Shown piece by piece: positions 51,376 through 62,772 of a DNA stretch of 64,000 nt. A program made the translations under genes and the position numbers. A model generated the notes under the pieces. That model searched no databases, was not told where the DNA came from, and saw nothing but the letters and a program-made list of their open reading frames with translations. The stretch's first letter is position 1, and the number at the start of each line of letters is the position of its first letter. Location: assembly GCF_006345805.1 (NCBI RefSeq), contig NC_042998.1:94178001-94242000 (forward strand). The letters run 5' to 3'. This DNA is from Octopus sinensis. Taxonomy: Eukaryota.

Positions 51376-51751
51376 TATATATATATATATATATATATAT
51401 TTATACACACATACATACATACATACATACATACGCACACATATATATAGATACATACATGCATACACACACACACATATAGATATACATATATACACAA
51501 ATATAAAATAGATATCTATATTTATATATCTTATCATCATCATTTAGTATCCCTTTTCTGTGCTGGCATGGGTTAGATGGTTTGACTGGAATTGATAAGC
51601 TAGAGAGCTGCACCAGGTTCCAGTCTGATTTGGCTTGGTTTTTACAGCTGGATGCTCTTCCCACCACCAACCACTCCAAGAATGTAGTGGGTGCCTTTTA
51701 CATGTCACCAGCACGGGTGCCTTTTATGTGTCATATATATATATATAGATA

Positions 51752-51841
<90 letters not shown>

Positions 51842-54194
51842 GACAGAGAGAGACAGAGAGAGAGACAGAGGCAGAGACATACAGAGACAGACAGACAGAT
51901 GAAGATATATGTTTTTCATTTGTATATATACATACCTATATATATATATATACATATGTGTGTGTGTGTGTGTGTGCGCGTGTGTGTGTACATTTATAAA
52001 ACAATGTATTTATATATGTAAAGTCTATCTATCTATCAATATATATATAAACACATACATATATATACATATATATATATACACACACACTTCCATCCAT
52101 CCATCCATCCATACATACATCCATCCATCCATCCATACATACATACATACATACATACATACATACATACAACATACATACATACATATATTAGCCTTTC
52201 CTTAATATAATTGATTAACTACAGCTTATCTCTTGTTCAAACCTTTACATTCAGAACGATCATGCTGTGTTGTTTAAAACACATTAACATTGCATGTTTA
52301 GTTATTTTGATCAGAAACCTCTTTAATGTAATTTGTTGTAAAATTACAGGTTTCCGCTTGAAGTTTCTATTTGTTTTGAATTGTTTTTTTTTCTTTCTTT
52401 CTTTCTTTAACCTTTTTGAATTGATTGATTGATTGAATAACCTTGAATGTTTGTATCTTTACAGGTTTTTGAATGCTTAAAGATACCAGAAACTAGTCAT
52501 CCTTCTTTATAGTTAGTGATGTTTGTGGATAGCAAAATAAAATTACAATCACCTACACCAGTTTCATTATTTTATAACTGCAACCATTATTTAAAAAATA
52601 ATAGCTTTGTGATTTTCTTTTTCTTCAAACACCATTTTTGTTGTATTTTGTTTTATTTGTAACTTGTGTAAATTGACATTTATTCATTTTCTGGAACTAG
52701 AGATATATTTGTAAGTGATTCTAACTTTTATGGAACTTAAGGCAATGTCCTTTTAGATTTTCTTTTTCTATAAACCTTCTAAACCTTTTTGATAATAACC
52801 CATTTGAGACCACTTCTGGTTCTATGATGCAAACTTTCTGCTTTGAAGTTTTCTAAACTAGAATATTCTTAGAAACGGACAAACCTTATAAATTCTTCAT
52901 TATTTTCAAAATTGATTGTAAGAAATGTTGTGTACTTTTACACATATATAGTAATGATAAGTTAAAATGATAACGTTTTTTTTTTCTAAGAGATGGATTT
53001 GAGGAAAATTTTGTCTGGTGCATTGTAGTACTCAAGAAGGCCTGTCTACAACTGCAGAATTGATACCGGTACTGGTGCCATATACAAAGCACTTGTACTG
53101 GTGCCATATTAAAAGCAATGGTGCTGGTGCCACATAAAATGCACTTTGTACACTCTATGAAGCGGTTGGCATTAGGAAGTGCATCCAACCATACAAACCA
53201 TGCCAGAACAGACACTGGAGCCTCATGTGGCCCCTAGCCTTACCAGCTCCAGTCAAACCATTCAAGCCATGCCAGCATGGAAAACAGACATTAAATGACC
53301 TGGCTTAGAAATTTTAAATTATTAATTCTGTATAAAACTGTTCTTAGTTCAATTCATAAACTCCCTGATATTATTTCAAATACCTGTAATATACAAGAAA
53401 CAACCCAATCAAGAAAATCTTTTCTTTAACAACAGAACCTTGTACTTTGTCAAAAGAAAAATTCTTAATCTATTATGATTTACTGTTTTTAGAAAATCTG
53501 GTCTCAATAACCCAATTATAACAGCTTTACCTCACTAATCTGTATTTTTGAAAAAAAGCAGCTAGCTAGCAGAATCAGTACCACACCAGGCAAAATGCTT
53601 TGTGGCATTTTGTCTGTTTTTTATTCCGATCTCAAATTCTACTGAGGCTGATTTTGCCTTTCATCCTTTCGGGGTCAATAAAATAAAGTACCAGTTAAGC
53701 ACTAAAATCAATGTAATTGGCTTACTCCTCTCACGAAATTGCTGGCCTAGTGCCAAAATTTGAAACCAGTAAGTATTTTTGGATAATTATGGAGAAGACA
53801 ATGTCTATTTGACTCTAATCTCAGACATCGTCCTTTTGTCGGAAACAATTATTATTAGTGACCGTCCAATATGGAAGGTGGACATTAAACAATGATGAAG
53901 ATGATGATGATCTATTAACTAGAAATGAAAGGAAAAAATGTGTCACCTCTCTTCAGTTATTCAGAGAATATTATGATTTAATTCATTGAAAACCTCAATG
54001 AGGGAATTCATTTTGTCCTCCCTTCAGTTCAGCAGCTTTTCTCACTGCATGATTGGCGAGCAAATACAGCACACTTTATTCTATTGGATGTAAATTCAAT
54101 GTTCCTATTGGTCTAATTCCAGGTCATTTTCTAGTTGTGAATGATTAAATTACAAATTCCATATCTCCAACAAGCAGCAGTTCTTCGAATATGA

Positions 54195-54227
54195 GTTATA
54201 TAAATAACAACAACAACAATAAAATAA

Positions 54228-54290
<63 letters not shown>
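54195..54290. repeat. (AAT)n microsatellite
   Basis: Long perfect AAT run. Confidence 0.95.
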
Positions 54291-54579
54291 TTGCTGCCCT
54301 GCAAACCCTAATATCAACTCAAATTCAGAGAACCCATATATGACAGTAATTGAATGAGGGGTACAATTTACTTACTTAACCTCTTCACTCCTACTGAGAT
54401 AAACTCCTATTTGAGATGTAACAATAACCATATATTTAATATGATAAACCTTGCTTTCTGGCTGCATTTAATAAAAGCGGTGTCAATTCTAGATGTGTTT
54501 AAGATATTGTTTCAATTATATAAAAGGACATAACCATTTATAAAATAAATATCTGTGTGTGTGTGTGTGTGTGTTTATG

Positions 54580-54617
<38 letters not shown>

Positions 54618-55911
54618 TGAGGGGAAGTCAAAAATTAACTGCACTTTTGCCATAACATATCTTTATTATTGTCACACTACCTTCACATGTCTGCTTATAG
54701 CTGGTACTATTGTGGTCATGTGTTCGCAGTTTGAGCTTGATCACACCATTTTTTTTTTTCTGGCTTTACATGGCTGCTCCACTAGTAATGTGCACTAAAG
54801 AAGAACAAAAAGCAGTGATCTAACTTCCCTGGTCGGAAGATGTGTCAGGTGCTGAAATTCATCAGAAGCTTTTAGCATTATACAGGGATAGTGCACTACT
54901 GCATAGAAGTGTGTATGAGTGGATTGAGAAGTTTAAAAGTGGCTGTGCAAACATGACATACAAAGAGGGAGCAGGACGCCCACCACCCTCCACCACTGAT
55001 GAGAAATTCAGCAAGCTTGAGAGAGGTAATGGTGAACCAGTGAGTTATCATCAATGTGGTAGCTCATTCTCTGCAGATTTGTCATGGTTCTCCATATCAA
55101 ATCATCCGTGATGAGCTCAGCTTCCATAAAGTCTGTGCAAGATGGGTACCAAGATAGCTTACTGCAGAGTACAAACAGAAACATCTTGTGGTCTGCCAAC
55201 ATCTTAAGGTCTACCAATGAGGGCAAGAAATTTCTGAACAGAATAGTCACAGGAGATGAAATGTGGGTTCATTGCTATGAAGCAGAATCCAAAAGACAGA
55301 GTATGGAGTGGAGACATCCTGGCTTGCCAGCAACAAAGAAATTCAAGTCTCAGTCTTCCATGGGTAAAGTGATGTTAACCCTTTTTGGGGACTCAAAAAG
55401 GCCTATACTAGAAGGCTACTTGGAAAGGTGGTGTACAGTCAACAGTGCAAGATACAGCCCTTTGCTGGCCAACAAACTGAAGCCAGCAATTTGCACCAAA
55501 CACCAAAGCCTATTGTTGAAGAAAGTTTTGTTGTTGCATAATAATGCATGCCTACACACGGCCACCCAGACTGATCAAATCATTAACCAGTTGGATTTTG
55601 AGGTGCTGGAACACTCTGCTTACAGCCAAGATCTTGTCCCTTCAAACTATCATATCTTTGGACTCCTCAAAGATAGCTTACTAGGTCATCTATTTCCTAC
55701 AAATGAAGATGTAAAGGAAGCGGTGCATAAATGGTTGCATGACCAACTGAAAACCTTCTTCTTCAAGGGAATATGCAAGTTTGTGGATCGCTGGACCAAG
55801 TGCATCAGAAAGGAAGGAGACTATATAGAAAAATGACATACTCGTTTATCCCCTACTTTTGTGCAGATACATTGAAAAACAAGAATGCATATAACTTTTG
55901 ACTCTAACTCA
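54618..55911 (+). mobile_element. Full-length mariner element, inactive
   Basis: About 1.29 kb; imperfect TIRs TGAGGGGAAGTCAAAAATTAACTGCA / TGCATATAACTTTTGACTCTAACTCA; transposase from ATG 54770 to 55836 with stops and frameshifts; IVTGDEMW, ESKRQSMEW; second and third catalytic Asp replaced (LHNNA, YSQDLVPSNY). Confidence 0.92.
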
Positions 55912-56141
55912 TTTATATACACACACACACACACACACACACATGAGTAAACACTTAAATGCAAAACAAGTTGGGAAAAAGTACTCGAATACTGGTGGTA
56001 GAGTACTTGCCAATGAATGGGAACATGAAACTCTGAGTAGCAGTTTTTCTGTGGTGTTCTTGCAGCTTTAATAAAAAAAAGTATGTGTGTATGTATGTAT
56101 GTATGTATGTATGTATGTATGTATGTATGTATGTATATATA

Positions 56142-56172
<31 letters not shown>

Positions 56173-56415
56173 CATATATGCATATAGATAATGTGTGTTA
56201 TACATTCATTTGTACTTTATAGACCTACAATTGTTTCAAATATTAATTTTGGGTATGTTCTTACTTCAATTTAATCAATCAATTGATTAATAGATTGAAA
56301 ATATATTGAACAAACCACTGGAAAACAAACCACCAGAATCCACCACACCGATATATATGTATATGTGTGTATATCTACCTGTCTGTCTATCTATCTATCT
56401 ATCTATATATATATA

Positions 56416-56482
<67 letters not shown>

Positions 56483-56699
56483 ATTTGTTGAAATAGAAAG
56501 ATGAATTTTCTTGTAACAGATTATTCAAAGGTTTAACCGATACCTGGGTAGCAAAAATCACAGCGGAAAACAGCACTGTTGGAGATAAGACCATTTGGTG
56601 TTGCAACCGTGCGTTGGAGCGGATAATTGAAGTTTAATATTATTAGTGAATGGAATAAATGGAGTTGAACGAAGATTGTACAGAATACCTTTTATTACA

Positions 56700-56779
56700 T
56701 TCTACACATGTTTCAAAGGCCACAAATTTCCAAATTCTGTTTAAATAAGGGTACCATATTGCGGCTTTCTCTTCAGGAA
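56700..56779 (-). ncRNA. Hammerhead motif, mirror copy
   Basis: Reverse complement of 57283-57362 with a G-U pair at the base of stem II. Confidence 0.55.
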
Positions 56780-57282
56780 AAAAAACAGGAATTCCGTTGA
56801 CAGGACAAAACAAAACAGAGGCACAGCAATTCGAACGAAGATGCTCCTTAGGAGCCCATGGCTGAACTGTTTATCAATGTATGTTGAAATCGGGGATTTG
56901 GTGCGTTGATGATATCTACAGGTCAGGTGGCGGTCAGATCCAGTCGGTGGAAGCAAGGGGTGTGGGGATGCTCTGTGTGACTAACACTAATGTTCTGAAG
57001 AATTTAAGAATACTGGGTGTATTTAAGGGGCGAGACAAAAGCCTCCTATAAGCAAGTATGTGTGTGATGGCCTATGTGTTAGTCACACAGAGCATCCCCA
57101 CACCCCTTGCTTCCACCGACTGGATCTGACCGCCGCCTGACCTGTAGATATCATCAACGCACCAAATCCCCGATTTCAACATACATTGATAAACAGTTCA
57201 GCCATGGGCTCCTAAGGAGCATCTTCGTTCGAATTGCTGTGCCTCTGTTTTGTTTTGTCCTGTCAACGGAATTCCTGTTTTT

Positions 57283-57362
57283 TTCCTGAAGAGAAAGCCG
57301 CAATATGGTACCCTTATTTAAACAGAATTTGGAAATTTGTGGCCTTCGAAACATGTGTAGAA
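57283..57362 (+). ncRNA. Type I minimal hammerhead ribozyme motif
   Basis: CTGAAGA 57286-57292; stem II GAAAGCCGCAA / TTGTGGCCTTC; GAAA 57348-57351; stem III with palindromic ACATGT; GUA site ending at 57359; stem I only TTC/GAA; AATAAA follows. Confidence 0.6.
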
Positions 57363-58054
57363 TGTAATAAAAGGTATTCTGTACAATCTTCATTCAACTC
57401 CATTTATTCCATTCACTAATAATATATATATATATATATAAAGTAACAAACTGAGGAAAAGCAAGCCTTCAAAGGGATATGTTAAACATCCAATTCACTG
57501 GTACTTCAGTTGGATACCATATATATATATATAATGATATGTAATTGTAAGATCCAAGCATCTAGGTGTAGGAAGCTGGTAAGCTTTGAGCAGTCCATGG
57601 TAGGTACAAGAAGCAATTTTCAGGAATAATAATAGTTTATTGGCATAGAAGGTTGGAGGCTTTCCCCATATTGAAGTTTGATATAGTTCACAGTTAGCAA
57701 CTAGGTTGCTATGAATGTGAATAAAAATTCATACTGAGCAACTAAAATCCAAGCTACATATGTTTCCAAGCTAGCAGATCCTTGGAAGTATTAATTACTC
57801 AGTAAGGGGTACTCCACTAGCTGGCCGAATATACCTTTGCTAAATGAAGGTTACATTGTCATTATGGAATCCCGAGTTAACTCACCAGAAATATAATTTA
57901 AAATTTGGACAAATCAGAATGTCTCTAAATCTCTGACTATATGAAGGGTCGGTGTTCACTCTGTGGGATCTCGTTGCAAGCGTTCATGCCAACCGACAGC
58001 AGTTGCGTAGACGGCAGCAGCAGCAATTGCCAGATCATGATCACTTAAACATGC

Positions 58055-58124
58055 TGCCCTTGACTCGGACGAGATTACCCGCCAAACTTAAGCATATCGC
58101 TAAGTGGAGGAAAAGAAACCAACC
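58055..58124 (+). pseudogene. 28S rRNA 5'-end fragment
   Basis: TCGGACGAGATTACCCGCCAAACTTAAGCATATCGCTAAGTGGAGGAAAAGAAACCAAC matches the conserved LSU start ACCCGCTGAAYTTAAGCATAT..TAAGCGGAGGAAAAGAAAC with a few substitutions. Confidence 0.85.
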
Positions 58125-58418
58125 GTTGTTCTTCTTGGCATCCTTCTAGCCTGGAGTCTACAATCACTAGTGGCTAGTCTATGCTGGTGGAGCACATTAT
58201 TCACCAGGGAGGGTCTTTGTATTTAAGAGTAACCATGCACCCCACTGTCTGGTGAAAGTATAATCAATCTGGCTAGCACAGTCACCTGATTGGTTGGTTA
58301 TTGGGTGGCTGGCTGGCTTCCTGAAGTTGGTGTTGCAGATCAAGCCAGGTGAAATCGTAGTCATGGCTGATGCTGGTGTCATGTGACTGACGCCTGTGCT
58401 GGTGGCACATAAAGACCA

Positions 58419-58632
58419 CCTTTTGAGCATTAGGCCTCATGGAGGCAAAGTAGTTGAGTTCCTTTTGAGCATTGGGTCTCACGGAGGCTAAATGGCTGAG
58501 TTCCTGTTAAGCATTGGGCTTCACAGAGGCAAAATGGCTGAATTCCTCTTGTGTGTTGGGTGCCACAGAGGCAAAGTGGTCAAGTTCCTTTCGAGCATTG
58601 GGCACCAAGGAGGCAATGATTGAGACCTTTGG
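58419..58632 (+). repeat. Five diverged 42-bp tandem units derived from the end of the RTE ORF
   Basis: Unit TTTTGAGCATTGGGYCTCACGGAGGCAAAGTGGCTGAGTTCC; resembles 12601-12650. Confidence 0.8.
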
Positions 58633-58906
58633 TATTATATCATGCTTGAGAAGACCCATTAAGCCAAGCAAAATAGCAGTTGTGGCAGATACTAGTGTCG
58701 TGCAAATGGCACCCATGTTGATAGCATGTAAAAACATCCATTACACTCTCAGAGGGGTTGACATTGGGCGGGGAATCCAGCTGTAGAAAACCATGCCAAA
58801 TCAGACTGGAGCCTGGCACAGCCTTCCAGCTCACCATCCTTGGTCAAACCATCAAACCCATGCCAGCATGGACAATGGACGTTAAATGATGATGATGATG
58901 ATGATG

Positions 58907-58941
<35 letters not shown>

Positions 58942-60398
58942 TGTATGTATGTATAGGGAGAATTCACAAAAAAACAAAAGACAAAGACAGGTGGTGTAGA
59001 CAACAAACATATGTATTAATATAGTGCTTGGGAAGTGAAAAAGTCTTTAACCTTTCAAGCCTATGCTCTTCCAGAGAAAGAAACAAGGAGAGAAAATAAA
59101 GAATATGTAGTGGCTAGCGATCTGTCATGGCGATATATATATATACATATAATACGAACTGGTGAATGAATGTGTTGAAAAACAGACCAAACCTTACTCA
59201 ACACTCAATACAGTAAGAGGAGTATATGTTATTAGGAGTTGTGGCTTTTTTTACATGGTAAATGAGAATTTCAAATTTCTAATTGTCGAAATTGTTTAAT
59301 CGATTCGGTATGTAAAACTCAGAGTTGCACATCAGGAAGCTTCATCTTTGCTCCCCAACTACATGGTTTTAGGTTCAGTCCCACAGCACATCATCCTAGG
59401 CAAGTGTCTTCTATTTAGTTGTAGGCCAGCTAAAGTCTTGTGAGTGGATTTCATAGATGAAAATTTTTACAAAAACCTATAATGCTGAAACCATATTGAT
59501 ATCTGTTAGGCACTGATGATGGAGTTATATGGTCAAAGAGCTTGTTTATTTCTATGTGTTCTTGACAGTGAACCTTTTGTATCTTTTGTCCTCTTTAATT
59601 CAGATGTCTTTCATGAAGTTTCTGTTTCTGATAAGGGATAAACTAGTTTAGGGAGATTATAATATCTAGGGAGAGGATGGGGATTATTGCATGTGTGTTT
59701 GTGTGTGTGTATGTGTAAGTGTGTGCGTGTGTAAGTGGTGTTTATATATATATCACATTAGCACTGACCACTTCCCAGTACCCACACCACACACCATCAT
59801 GCGCACTTCCACACCCACAGAAGCACATAATACCTGAACACAGGCTATATATACATACACACACAACATGCATTAACACACACACACAACATACATAGAC
59901 AAAGATAACTTTTGCCCACATATATACACCATGCACATGCACACTGTTTGGTCACAGACACACACACACACACACACACATACGTGCACATACCATGTAA
60001 AAAAGCATGCATCAACTGCTACACACAGCACACACACACACACACACACTCACACACATCAGAGTCACTCACCCCTATTCACACACACACACACACATTT
60101 ACACACTCACATACACCATTCTCACATACACACACATGCACGCACACCTTCTCTTGTAATCACTAGTACTTTCTTATCTTCCTTTCTTTCAACCTCTTTT
60201 TTTACCAATAATTCACCATGCTAAACCACTGAAGTTTTTTTTTTTTCTGTTCTCTCTGTTTATTTTCTCTTATTTCTTTCTTTTGAAGAACATAGGCTCG
60301 AAAGGTAACAGACTTCCTCATTTTTCCTGAGCATCAACTAATACACCTGCTTGTTGTTCATACACATCTTTGTCTTTTGTTTTTCTATAAATTTCAAC

Positions 60399-60430
<32 letters not shown>

Positions 60431-60681
60431 TGCACATACACATACACACATACACATGCACGCGCACACACACACACACACATAGTGCTGGGCGCCACGG
60501 AGACAATGACAAATGACTAAGACCTTTGGCAATATGTTGTGCTTGAGCAGAAAACCCATCAAGCCATAGAAACCATGCCAAATCAGACTGGAGCTAGTAA
60601 AGGCCCTCAGCTTACCAGACCTGGTCAAACCATCCAACCCATGCCAGCATGGTCAACGGATGTTAAATGATGATGATGATG

Positions 60682-60737
<56 letters not shown>

Positions 60738-60759
60738 TAAAATATATATATGTGTGTCA

Positions 60760-60831
60760 TCCTCTGTTGTCTAGTGGTTAGGATTCCTGGCTTTCACACA
60801 GGTGGCCCGGGTTCAGTTCCTGCCATGGGAA
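60760..60831 (+). pseudogene. tRNA-Glu(TTC) pseudogene
   Basis: 72 nt TCCTCTGTTGTCTAGTGGTTAGGATTCCTGGCTTTCACACAGGTGGCCCGGGTTCAGTTCCTGCCATGGGAA; anticodon TTC at 60793-60795; mismatches in the acceptor, anticodon and T stems; altered B box. Confidence 0.85.
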
Positions 60832-60931
60832 TGGCATAAATGTTTGTTCAACACATGCCAGCATGGAAAATGGACGTTAAATGATGATGATGATGATGAT
60901 ATATATATATATATATTTTTTCATACTATCT

Positions 60932-60973
<42 letters not shown>

Positions 60974-61679
60974 CAAAATAAGCAACAAGGATATCCAGAG
61001 GTAATGCAGTGCAATCGTTTCATGCAACTCCATTTAATTTAACAATGCAATCATTATATCAATTTAAATGCAGAGCAATCCTCAGCTGCACAAAGACATA
61101 GAATTTAATTAGGAGGACGTAACACTTTAAGAAAGGGATAAACAACTTAGTTACTAAAACTATTTTAAACAATATATCCATATTGTATAAAGTTAAAATT
61201 TAGGGTTATCAGGAAGATTTATCATTGAGGTGAGAGAACAAATTTACTAAAAATTAGTTGAATTATATCTAAGCAGTTTCATTTTAAGTTGTGAAGACAC
61301 CCATATTGTTTTCTATAAGCTAAGTATGAATTTATAGGGGTACAAAAATCTAGGTTTATCTAAAGGCAATTATAAAGTATTAAAATGATCAGGTAGGGTT
61401 GAACACCATAGAAAAGGATATAAAATAGCTTAATCCCTAAAATCATGATGAAGTATATATACAACTTAGTAACTTCAATAGAGAAGATTTATAGAAAATA
61501 TGTAATAATTCAAGTATTTAAAACTAAAAATTATTTATTTACTTAATTAGCTTGTATCTATAATGACTGATATCCTGTATTAACTAAAGGAAAATTAATG
61601 CTGTAGGGCATGCTACCTATGCACTGATTATAAACTAAGAGGTATATTATAGGTTTTAAATCACAAGATCAATAAAGTG

Positions 61680-62099
61680 CTACTTTCTAAAATATTTAAA
61701 GGTATGATTGGCACTATGTACACATGATACCCTAAGGTCTAATTAATTATTAATTAGGTTGCCATTATCTTTATGCTTAAAAATTTCATATGTTTCCATA
61801 GAGCACAGCTCACACCCATATCTGCTATTTCTATAAGGCTGAGCTTTTCTTATTATTTCCCATTTGAGGCTAAACCCAATTCTACTTTCTTTCAATTCCC
61901 AAATCTTACTGGATAATCACGTACAATTCACCTTACGTTTAAGTTTAAAGAACGATACGTGATTGTATATACACTGTTTCAAATTAATCAAACAACCAAA
62001 GTAAATATAATTATTAGTGGTAGTTATTATTGTGCATTTATATGCTACGTTCTGGGTAAGACATTGTCCTAATAATGGACAGCAGGATTTAACTCTACC
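61680..62099 (-). pseudogene. GIY-YIG endonuclease remnant of a Penelope-like element
   Basis: CPLLGQCLTQNVAYKCTI..NYIYFG..LKQCIYNHVSF..T*LSSKIWELKE..LKWEIIRKAQPY..CELCSME..NLINN*LDLRVSCVH; two internal stops; absent from the ORF track. Confidence 0.85.
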
Positions 62100-62496
62100 C
62101 CCTTAATTGTCTGCTAATATCTTGTTTTAAGTTTTCCTTTACCAAGCCTCATGATATTGCTTCAAATAAATCTTGATTTTTATGACTATACCAACTATGA
62201 TTTCTGTCTGTTCCCTCAGCCCTACCCCTAACAGATACTGCCCCTTTGTTCTCTCAACCTTAGATATACAAGGATTTGATAAACTAGTCTATAAATTAAA
62301 ACTGACCCCATAAAAACAAAAAAATCAGTGACAGGCAGAGTCTGTAACAATGTACATCTTCTTGATACCTTAGTAGCTTCTATGCTGGAGTGAAGGCAGA
62401 ATGTTCTTTGTCTATCTCCTTAACTTCTTGGAGATTTCAGGTATAATTATACTAATGTGTCCATCTGTTTTAATTTAATTAAATTCTATGTCTTTG

Positions 62497-62582
62497 TGCA
62501 GCTGAGGATTGCTCTGCATTTAAATTGATGTAATGATTGCATTGTTAAATTAAATGGAGTTGCATGAAACGATCGCACTGCA
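62497..62582 (+). ncRNA. Hammerhead-like motif with long stem II and non-canonical GCA triplet (mirror copy 61005-61090, minus)
   Basis: Stem I TGCAG/CTGCA; CTGAGGA 62502-62508; hairpin CATTTAA/TTAAATG; GAAA 62566-62569; palindrome CGATCG; then CA in place of TH. Confidence 0.55.
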
Positions 62583-62725
62583 TTACCTCTGGATATCCTT
62601 GTTGCTTATTTTGATTTTAATCACCTTACTTTGAAATAGTATGGATGATACTAAATTGTACTAAATTCTGGTGCCTCAACTTAGGTACCATATTCATCTG
62701 AATCTCTCTCTCTCTCTCTCTCTCT

Positions 62726-62771
<46 letters not shown>

Positions 62772-62772
<1 letters not shown>

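Larger units (their letters stand above)
56637..57425. repeat. Long inverted repeat, probably inverted Penelope-like pseudo-LTRs
   Basis: Arms 56637-56987 and 57076-57425 with an 88-bp spacer; by eye three CpG-type transitions and one homopolymer indel. Confidence 0.95.
60968..62703 (-). mobile_element. 5'-truncated Penelope-like element (Naiad-like GIY-YIG) with an inverted pseudo-LTR
   Basis: 144-bp inverted repeats at 60968-61111 and 62476-62619 (2 mismatches) enclosing an endonuclease remnant; microsatellites on both flanks. Confidence 0.85.

Noticed and set aside
47226-52520. Strong-looking splice acceptors at about 47225 and 52464
   Set aside because: Downstream frames close quickly, and no matching donors or recognisable peptides were found
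55084-55836. Active or domesticated mariner transposase (250-aa ORF)
   Set aside because: N-terminus is frameshifted and two of the three catalytic Asp are Asn
58419-58632. CRISPR-like appearance of the regular repeats, also at 41810-42130
   Set aside because: Units are contiguous diverged tandem copies with no unique spacers, derive from RTE sequence, and the context is eukaryotic with no cas genes
60760-60831. Functional tRNA-Glu
   Set aside because: Mismatches in three stems, altered T-loop/B box, and no T run of four or more directly downstream
61917-61919. In-frame TGA as selenocysteine, as reported for some Naiad elements
   Set aside because: It falls in T-x-LS rather than a conserved Cys position, a TAA also interrupts the frame, and I found no convincing SECIS by eye; SECISearch on 61111-61680 minus would settle it
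56657-62562. Shared AAATGGAGTTG 11-mer between the two inverted-repeat elements
   Set aside because: Opposite orientation relative to the ribozyme and no surrounding similarity; likely coincidence
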